Shown here in pieces: positions 54,415 to 64,000 of a DNA stretch of 64,000 nucleotides. Location of the stretch: assembly GCA_951406725.2 (NCBI GenBank), contig OX597818.1, positions 68,944,001-69,008,000 of the forward strand, in the 5' to 3' direction. A program made the position numbers and the translations under genes. Source of the stretch: Octopus vulgaris. Lineage: Eukaryota. The first letter of the stretch is position 1. Every line of letters starts with the position of its first letter. The notes beneath the pieces are model-generated. The model did no database searches, had not been told where the DNA came from, and worked only from the letters and a program-made list of their open reading frames with translations.

Positions 54415-54795
54415 AACATCCTTTATCTGTTACTCATTAAATGGTGGCCATGCTGGGGCACAAGAATATTTCATCGAATAAATCAACCAAAGTATTTAAT
54501 TTAAAGCCTTGTACTTATTCTATCAGTCAATTTTGCTGAACAGCTAAGTTAAGGGGACATAAACACATCAACACCGATTTTGAAGTGGTGGTGGGGGAAC
54601 AGACACAGAATCAAAGACACACACATGACTGGCTTCTTACAGTTTCCATCTACCAAACCTACTCACAAGCTCATAAGGCTTTTATTGACCCAAGGCTGTG
54701 GCAGAAAGCCCCTACCGAAAGTGTCACCCAGTAGGATTGAAACTGGAGCTATGTGGCTGTGAAGCAAACTTTTTAACACATGGACATACCCATGT
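54415..54795 (-). mobile_element. SINE family A
   Basis: GGCCATGCTGGGGCAC...GTACTTATTCTATC...CAGTTTCCATCTACCAAA..ACTCACAAG. Confidence 0.8.
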
Positions 54796-55308
54796 CTGTT
54801 AATAATCTAACTTTTATAAAAATTTTTAGAGTTTATACAAAAAGAAATATTTATTAAATTTTAAAAGAAAAGTAATAATTCTCTTCCAATGAAATTAATT
54901 AAAACTGTTTTTTCGTTTTTATAACTCCCATCATGACTTCCCAGTCATTTACTCTGTCGCTCCACTTAATATATGATACTTGCAATTTCACTGTGTGTGT
55001 ACCATTCATTTACTCCTTGCCTGCCATCAAGCCTCATATGTAAAATCTTGCAGCTCTTATGTTAGCTCTTTCTCACTTTTATTCCCCACCCTTTTCTCAA
55101 TACAATGTCATCAATAACAGGAAAAGTCAGCCTCACCAATCAACCAACATTTCTTCAGAGAAAAACTCCCGTCAAACAGGTGTTTTCACCTGTTTGTTCC
55201 TGACACTCTGAGGGAGTCAGATCCATCTAAGTACTGACTCCTAGTCTTCCTGTTCTAATTTAAATGTCACCTTTACTGGGGATTGAACTTGGAATCCATA
55301 TATAAGCA

Positions 55309-55480
55309 ACATCATTTAACATCTGCTTTCCATGCTGGCATGGATTGGATGCTTTGACAGGACCTGACCAGCTGGGGAGTGGCCCAGGTTCTAATTGTCT
55401 GTTCTAACATGGTTTCTACAGCTGGATGCCTTTCCTGCTGCTAACCACTTCACAGTGGTAATTGGGTGCTTTTCACATGA
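55309..55480 (-). mobile_element. RTE-type 3' UTR fragment
   Basis: Family signature. Confidence 0.75.
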
Positions 55481-56139
55481 GCCCTGAACGGAAGGGTCCC
55501 TGAAGGGCTGACAGAGAGAGACACATAAATATGTGTGTGCATGTGCATGTGTGATAATGTGAGTGTGTGAGCAAGAAATATGTGTGTTTCATTCTAATAT
55601 GTATGAACTTATAAGGGTGACCTCTATGTGATAGCAAGGCATGAAAGGAACGTTAACTAACTCTTCCTCCATTCATAATCCATTGTATTTCTTCTCCATT
55701 TCCTCTCATTTGTGTGATTTCATTGGTGGTGGTCACCATAATTACTTCCCCCTCCATTTCGTTTTCCTCAACTCAACACTTTTGCCTTTTTATCTATATT
55801 CATTTATGGTCTTTTCATTACTTTTTCCTTCCATCTCGTCTTTTACTCATTATTTCCCATCCAATTGTCTCCATACTTTTTTGCAATGGCGATGTGTGTT
55901 TTTATAAATGTCATTAATTAGACCGTTGTGGTTACTCTCATTTCCCTGACATTGTTTTAGTTAATTGATCAGTTAATTAAGTGATTATTTATTAATCAAA
56001 TTAATTATTAATCTAAGATACTCCCTCACCATTTTTTTTCCTAAACATTTCCCACGGAGTGTCTGTTTGTCCTATTTTCTTCAGTTTTATATTTACACAT
56101 CTCATTCAGCCAATATGAAAATTCAGAGTTGTCTGTGTG

Positions 56140-56170
<31 letters not shown>

Positions 56171-57070
56171 ATGTGTGTATTGTGTGTGTTTTGTATGTAT
56201 GTGCATGTGTGTGTTGTGTGTGCGTGTGTATGTGTGTGTGTGTTGTGTGTGTGTGTGTGAGAGAGAGAGCATGTGTGTGGATTTTTACAATATTGTTTGT
56301 GGGTGTATATCTCACATTTATGTATCTGTTTCAAATGTGCGTATATAAAAGACTGTTTTGGGCCAGCAACATCAAAATGACTTCAGTTACATCTGACGGG
56401 GTTTCCCTGATTGGGTCCCTCCTTACTTGCTTATGACTCACAAGGGCCAACTCTGGTTCCATAACAGATTGCCACCACCTTGCATTATTCACCAACAAAA
56501 CGAGTGGACAATCTTGACAGCCGATGACCCAGATATACCCCTCTAAGCCTAGCTGTCCCACACACAATGCAAGAGCATCTAATCTCTTCCATACACAAAG
56601 ACTACAGCCCACCATATGCAGGTTGTGCAGCTCCATTTGTAACCCAACATCAAATACGGTGACTCTGATGTAAAGACTGTTGCATTTAATGTGTTAAGAG
56701 TCCATTCATGCCTACCCTGTCATAAGTGGTACCATATGTGTTCCTAATAAAAGGAACTGATGTGGCTGAGTACACCATGTCACAGCCCACGGCCAAAATG
56801 TCACCAGAACCCTGCCAATGTCTTGTCTCTATAAAAGGATCTCAAAATATGGAGAATAGCTGGTGTCAGTCTCATATAATTTATGCCATGTAACCTGAGC
56901 TGACAAATCGATGCCTAACACCAAGAAGATGTGTAGAATTGCTCTCAAAATCATTATTCTGCTCCAAGTACCTGAAGAGATGAATGTCTCCTATGCTTCC
57001 ACAAAGCTCTGAGTCATGATGTGCTGATTCAAACTCTTATTAAAGTACACACACTCACACACATAATATA

Positions 57071-57136
<66 letters not shown>

Positions 57137-57663
57137 CCCTTGTAGAGTCTCTGTGAACTAACTTTTCTCATGAGACATTTGTCAGCCTGGTGCTAGAGCA
57201 GAAGACATTTACAGAAGGTGGTAAACACCAGGAGCTAGACTATAAATGGAATCCAGTAACATTGGCAGTGATTTGCTTCCACAGACCTTAGTGAAGTTGA
57301 GAAGTTTAGTTAAATCCATATGTTGTGAAGGATAAATGTAATGAGGTGATGTTTTGTTGGAAAAATTAGAAAAGGGCCGTTTGAGGACTTACCCAAATTC
57401 ATCTTCTGCATTGCATAGACTCTCTGCCAATGCCCTAAATATATGTAAGTTGAGTGGTTTAACATGTTTGAAGCATCATCATCATCATGTTTTAGATGAT
57501 GACTGTTGTTATCGCTAGGCCTAGCTCATCGTAAAGTCAATACCACCATGACTGATATCCAATCTACAGTGGAGAAGGCTAGCCACTGGATTTGGTTAAA
57601 AAGAGACGATGAGCGATGGCTAGAAGTATATTGAGTTCTTCATAACCAGCTGATCATGCAAGC

Positions 57664-57737
57664 GGGGCCTCATATCAGTGAGGGGGGCCGGTGCGCATTG
57701 ATGCCCTCGAGAGGTAGGCCCCGAAACGGCGAGCATT
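57664..57737 (+). ncRNA. Candidate HDV-like ribozyme fold (imperfect)
   Basis: P1 GGGGCCU/AGGCCCC, P3 GCC/GGU around 7-nt loop CUCGAGA, possible P1.1 UC/GA, then GGC-GAG; P2 is weak or competes with P3. Confidence 0.3.
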
Positions 57738-58119
57738 CTCTCCTGATGACCCCATACACTTGCTAGCCTCTGGTATACGGAGCTTTTAACTGGTAGCACT
57801 TGCATGTGCAAGTTGTTTGCAAGACATCTAGTTCTTGGAAGATGCCTTGTGACATTGAGCAAAAGACTTTATTTCATGAGTTTATTCAGCTGCCAGAAAT
57901 AACTGTGTGATGGGGCTACACTCTCTCCCCCTCCAGATTTCATATCCTGCATGTCCTGAGCCAGGGAGCTGAGAGTGTATTTGAGTGCATTTGAAAAACA
58001 ATTAGCAAAAGCCTGAAACATGCTACCAATGCACATTCACTCATTGGTCATGGTTGACTGTACTCCATAAACACTAAAAGTGGTTCATTAACTTTTGATA
58101 TCATCCTCCTCCTCCTCAT

Positions 58120-58350
58120 CATCATCAACATCATCATCATTTAATGTCTGTTATCCATGCTGGAATGATTTAGATGGTTTGACAGGAGCTGGTGAGGTCA
58201 GGTGCCACACCAGGTTCCACTGCCTGTGTTAGCTGTTTGTCCTTCGTAATGGCACCCACTTCACAGAGTGTACAGGGTGCTTTTTGCATGGCAGCACCAC
58301 CACTGTTTTTTACGTGGCACTGGCACCAGTGTTCTTTATGTGACACCATC
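58120..58350 (-). mobile_element. RTE-type 3' UTR fragment
   Basis: Family signature. Confidence 0.75.
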
Positions 58351-60254
58351 ACCAGGGCTGAAAACATTTAGTAGGCAAAGAGCAAAAAACTTGAGTCTTA
58401 TTCGACACATATTTGGCATGAAGTATTTCATTTCCTCTGAAGGATTACCAAGAATCTGAAGCTACTTGGTGGCAGGTGCAATGTTAAGTCCTAATATACA
58501 TGTGTAGTTTATGTTGTTTGGAAATTGAATTACATAGAATTAGAGTGATGACAAAATATTTGAAAAACTCGAGTTTCTCTTTCCAAAACTTTGATAATAA
58601 AGATTAAGTCTGCTGAGCCGTTTGAAGTGCCTTGCAGGTGAAAATATAAGAGTTTATTTCAGAAAATTAGTATTGAGATTGTGTTATGAAAAATCATGGA
58701 GGTAAGATTAAAGTTTAATTAACTTTTTTGTAAAATTTATAATTCTTACTTTGAGTGAAAAAATATTGTTTTGCAATTTCTGATAATGCCTATCAGCTTA
58801 ATTAGTAAAGATACCAATGGTGGGGGCATTAGATATACATACATATATGTGAGTGTGTGTAAATTATATATATATGTATGTATTTATGTATGTATATATA
58901 TATGTGTATGTGCATAAATACACACATATACACATATACATACATGTACTTATACACACACACACATACATATATATATACGTATGTACATATATATTAT
59001 ATATATTATATATGTGTATATACGTGTGTGTGTGTGCATGTTTGTATATAAATATTTATAATATACAAATATGTATATATGTACATATGTATTTATGTAT
59101 TTATACTTGTATGTATGTATGTATGTATTGAGCTTCATTATCTGATGTCACAGCCAACAGTTTTTGGAGTCCACCACAGGAAACAAAACCAAAATAACAA
59201 AAATAAGACGGAATTTTGCAGCTGTTGATGAGCTCATTTGGTGTGGTTTTTCAGGTAGAAAGTTGTTCCTCTCAGATTTCATGCTTGAGTTGTGACATTA
59301 GGAAAAGAATAGTGAAGTTTAGTGGAGTGGCAGATAATGAAACCAGTGGGATGACAGACTGACAGCTGAATATCCAATTGTTTATATCCGGTCAGTTGTT
59401 GGTGCTGACCTGTATTCAACAACAAAACACTTAACCATCCCTGGCCAAGTTTACCTTGGCTACAAGAGCCTACAGTAGCAAAGGTAAAACTGATTGATTC
59501 AAGTAGCAAAGCCTTAAGATTTTCATCATCATTGTTGCTGTCATTGTATGGTAACAGGTCAGCTCTAACTGAGATGACACATGAGCAAAAGCATTCCAGT
59601 CGTGGCCATCCAGTTTATTTTGTTTTTAGTGTTGCTTGTCTAGGAATATATAGTATAACATATCCTTTGTATTTTTACAATGAAGCAATACTGTATAAGC
59701 AAAACTTTGCTGTTATTTCTAGCAAGTTCAGTGTCCTTACAGATGCTTTCTCAACAGATGTAACTTTCCTTGTTATTGTTTAGTCCCAGATTGACCCTGG
59801 ACCTCTGATCTGAAAAGCTTTCCAACCATGCCTATCCCACATTTTTGGTTCCAATAAGATAACACAATCCAATGTATCTTTCCCTTTGCAAAGTTTAAGA
59901 ACATAATTCAAAGAAAGTCTATAGATATTCTTAGCAGAATACAATCAAATTGTTCTCAGTATATGACTGGTACATCATTTATTGAATCCCTGGACTCTGG
60001 GAAAAAATAAAACAAAGTCTCTTCTGCCAAGATTATAATTTAGGACATTGGATTATATAATCCATTCATGTTTAGTGGTGATTTGAAACCTGATCGCTGG
60101 ATACAAGGTCAGACCACATGAGCAAACCACCATAGTTTCATGTGATTAGTCTATTTACTGACCAATCAGCATGAAGTAATGGTGTGGATAGGTTTTCTCA
60201 AACATTCTAGAATTAAACTTACAGTCCCTTACAAATCCTTCGGCTTGCCTTTTT

Positions 60255-60570
60255 ACTAGCCACATGACCCAGGAAGGCATCTAAGACAGATGGCACAGAA
60301 AGAGGACAGGAACCTCCATCACCTCAAATATAGCACAACTCTTTCCATCTATGTTTGGTAAGCTGCACGTTGCCATGTCAACAGCCTACTGTAAACTCCA
60401 AGCTGTGCCTGTCTCCCAGTCTGTAATTACTGCTGTTTTTACCTGTAAAAGGCCAACACGGTTTGTCTTTATGTACGATAATAAAATCTGTTAAATATTC
60501 TCTGACGTTGTTCAGTTATGTCTTTGTGCAGCCCAAGAGACCAATTTTCCATTCCCCAACGGATCACATA
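60255..60570 (-). mobile_element. Repeat family E
   Basis: GTTGCCATGTCAACAGC..CCCAGTCTGTAATTACTGCTGTTTTTACCTGTAAAAGGCC is the reverse complement of the family E core. Confidence 0.8.
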
Positions 60571-60949
60571 ACACTCGAGGCTGCAACACATGCAGGACAT
60601 TTAGTCTGTCAAACCACTGAAAGGGATAAGTCATTACCTTTCATCAACAATAAGAAAATCAACATAAAAGGAGCCTCTATATGGTGATTTGACATGCTGG
60701 AAATAGCACTCAGATCTTCCTCAAACCACACTGTACTTCTGAAATAGTGGATAAGGTTTCTTAACGTACAGTATTTCAGAAGAAAAGATGGTTATAACTA
60801 GATAAATCTTTGATTGTAGGCCTGTCTAGTAGGCTAGTAGAGGTGACACGAGGGTTGAACAACAACTTCTTTTATAGCAAAGCCAGAGAAGGAGGGACAG
60901 CACCCTTGTTGCTTTTCCCAAAACTAGTGGGAAGAAGTGGGGAAAGTAT

Positions 60950-61177
60950 CTATTTCTTTACTACCCACAAGGGGCTAAACACAGAGAGGACAAACATGGA
61001 CTGACAAACGGATTAAGTCGATTATATCGACCCCAGTTCGTAACTGGTACTTATTTAATCAACCCCGAAAGGATGAAAGGCAAAGTCGATCTCAGTGGAA
61101 TTTGAACTTAGACCGTAATGGCAGACGAAATACGGCTACGCATTTCGCCCGGCGTGCTAATGTTTCTGCCAGCTCGC
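60950..61177 (-). mobile_element. Young SINE family B
   Basis: CpG-rich, close to 20814-21038. Confidence 0.9.
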
Positions 61178-61339
61178 AGTATCATTGGGGAAAGCATCAT
61201 GATAGTACCATGGGGAAAGTATCATTGGACCAGAGACCAACCTGAAATGTTTATCAAAGTGTGGATTCCACTTGAGGTACCCAGGAAAAGAGCCAAACCT
61301 TGATTTAGCTAAACATTAGGGCTTCAAACCCACAAATTG

Positions 61340-61660
61340 CGTTCCATCAGTTAAAACAATGCAGTTTCCAGTTGATTCAGTCACAGGAACAGTTTGCTTG
61401 AGAAATTCACGTGAAAGTGGCTGAGCACCCCACAGATATGTGTACCCTTAATGTAGTTCTCAGGGAGCTTTACTGCGACACAGAACATGACATGGTTGAC
61501 CTTTTGAAATACCCGCACAATCCATTTTTGCTAGCTGAGTGGACCAGAGCAATGTGAAATGAAGTGTCTTGCTCAAGGACACAATGAATCACTGAGACTC
61601 AAACCCATGGCCTTATGATCTTGAGCCGAATTCCATAACCATGAAGTCACATGTCTTCAC
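61340..61660 (-). mobile_element. SINE with tRNA head, GTGTCCTTGAGCAAGACAC core and family F 3' tail
   Basis: Tail shared with 22650-22826; head shared with 28760-28890. Confidence 0.8.
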
Positions 61661-62160
61661 AAACCACAAAGACTAACGTTATTCAAAATACATAGAAAGA
61701 ATGTATTCTAATAAATATATGTTTCAATTTTTGCATAAAGAAATTCATATTGCATGTGTTCTTTCTTGCTTAAGCCTGAAGGATGTGATTGAAGGGATTT
61801 TCTTGCCACAAAGACCCTTACATTTTGTACAAACAGTGAGGCAGCAGATATGACACAAGTCTCAAACTAAATTTTTATTTAATTTTTTCCTTCATTTTGG
61901 CTTTCAAGTTCACACTTTTCCCATGACAACTTCGTTATTATTCCTTTAAGATCAATAAAATAGTTCATAAATCAATAAGTGTATTGATTGATATCTAATT
62001 AATTGGCTAACTCTGAGACCTGCACAGCTCTCTAGTGTAAATAGTATGATATGAGGAAACTAGTGTTGGTCTACATTGGCAATTACTCAATCATATATAT
62101 ATACGATGATGAGGATGATGATGATGATAATTATATATATGTATATATATATATACATAT

Positions 62161-62213
<53 letters not shown>

Positions 62214-62338
62214 CACACATATATATATGTATACACCCATATACTTATATAATATATACACACATATATGCATATCTATCTATACACAAACTCACACATA
62301 CCTACATACATACAAGCTATGTATATATGTATATATAT

Positions 62339-62373
<35 letters not shown>

Positions 62374-62439
62374 ATATATATACATAGCTTGCTGTTCCAA
62401 GATCAACAAAAAGAACTCAATACAGTGTGGAATAAATAA

Positions 62440-62660
62440 GATTTAACATACGCAGTAAAAACATAAGAGCTACTAATAGTTCCTTGCTCTGAAAACGTGT
62501 CTAAGCAGGTTTTATAGCCCACCATGTGTCTCCAAGCAATCTTCAGAGCTCAAGGATTGCTTGCAGTGGCAAAGTGTATTATAAAAAGCTGCCTAGACAC
62601 ATGTCTTCAGAGCAAGAAAGTATCAATAGTGCTTATGCTTTTACTGTGTATGTTGAATTA
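62440..62660. mobile_element. Fold-back/MITE-like element with imperfect inverted arms of about 80 bp and an internal hairpin
   Basis: AACATACGCAGTAAAAACATAAG..CTTGCTCTGAAAACGTGTCTAAGCAG vs CTGCCTAGACACATGTCTTCAGAGCAAG..CTTATGCTTTTACTGTGTATGTT. Confidence 0.75.
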
Positions 62661-62661
62661 T

Positions 62662-63095
62662 GAGTGTGATTGTTGCCAGGGCCGCTGACTGGCACCAGTG
62701 CCGGTGGCACATAAAAAGCACCATTCGAGTGTGATCATTGCCAGAGCACCTGACTGGCATATGTGCCGGTGGCACGTGGAAAACAGCATTCAAGTGTGGT
62801 CGTTGCCAAGGCTGCTGGACTGGCTCCTGTGCAGGTGGCACATAAAAGACACCTTTTCAGTGTGATTGTTACCTGTACTGCCTGACTGGCCCTTGTGCCA
62901 GTGGCATGTAAAAGCACCGACTACACTCTCGGAGTGGTTGGCATTAGGAAGGGCATCCAGCTGTGGAAACTTTGCCAGATCGGATTAGAGCCTGGTGCAG
63001 CCTTCTAGCTTGCCAGTCCTCAGTCAAATCGTCCAACCCATGCTAGCAGGGAAAGCGGACATTAAACAATGATGACGCTGATGATGATGATGATG
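62662..63095 (+). mobile_element. RTE-type 3' UTR with four subunits of about 65 bp
   Basis: Family signature. Confidence 0.85.
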
Positions 63096-63163
<68 letters not shown>

Positions 63164-63589
63164 TATATTTACATACATATTCATATAAATATACTGTTAA
63201 ATGGAGACAACCCTGATTATGATAGTTGTGCATTTCTCCTTGATCTCTAACCATTCCTCACTCACCACAGACATTCTTGCAATCTCCACCCATCCACCCT
63301 TCTGTCCCCACTCCCTGTACTATTAACCTTCTTGTACCTCGCAGGCTGACCCAAGCACCTTGTCCTCATCACCTTTTTCTCTCTTCCAATACCCTCCAAA
63401 TTATTCCCATGTACCCTTATGTGATGCAAGGTGGACATATTTCCTCCACACCCAAAACTTTGCCCTTCTTTCAAACTTCTCAACATCTGGCATAAATACA
63501 TCAGGCTCCTTCTATAGAATAGTATTCCTTAGTGGAAACGAACCTTAGTTTTGCAAGTTCCGTGGTGGCCCCGCTTGGGCTAATTCAGT

Positions 63590-64000
63590 ATACAAAGCAC
63601 CCATTACGCTCTGTAAATTCATTGACTTTAGGAATGGCATCCAGTGGTAGAGGCCATGTTGATACAGAGTTTGGAATATGATACAACATTCCAGCTACAT
63701 ACATCCTGCCCAATCATTCAACGGATACCAGCATGGTAAATGGATGTTAAATGATGATAATAACAACCATGGTGATGACAATGACAACAACGATGATGGT
63801 GATGGTGATGAGGATGGTGATGAGGATGATGATGACGATGGCAATGATGGTGATGAGGATGATGATGATGGTGATGACAATGACGATAATGATGGTGGTG
63901 ATGGTGATGATGATGGTGATGATGATGACGATGATGTTGATGAAAATGACGAAGATGATGGTGATGATGATGATGATGATAGTGGTGGTGGTGGTGATAA
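63590..64000 (+). repeat. Old RTE-type tail running into an extended degenerate (GAT/GGT)n
   Basis: AGGAATGGCATCCAG...CAGCATGG...GGATGTTAAATGATGAT, then the tract. Confidence 0.75.

Noticed and set aside
56340-57020. Possible LINE coding relic
   Set aside because: Composition suggests decayed coding DNA, but I could not recover diagnostic motifs

Overview
AT-rich, microsatellite-saturated eukaryotic DNA. Its repeat content (tRNA-derived SINEs, RTE 3' tails ending in (GAT)n, R4/Dong, HERO and Penelope relics) resembles Octopus (coleoid cephalopod) intronic or intergenic sequence; the taxon call is pattern recognition, not a database result. There is no intact long CDS: nearly all listed ORFs are microsatellite read-throughs or decayed retrotransposon frames. 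One plausible host-gene element is a minus-strand exon (938-1244) ending in ATG-MAEAESEN-G|GTAAGT, which would make most of the window 5' intron or upstream sequence of a gene running off the left edge. The most notable signals are RNA-structural: two minimal type-I hammerhead ribozyme motifs bracketing a Penelope-like RT relic, fold-back elements built from hammerhead half-motifs, and an imperfect HDV-like fold in a small GC-rich island. An unclassified repeat family keeps an RFX X-box in all three copies. Element boundaries were read by eye and are approximate.
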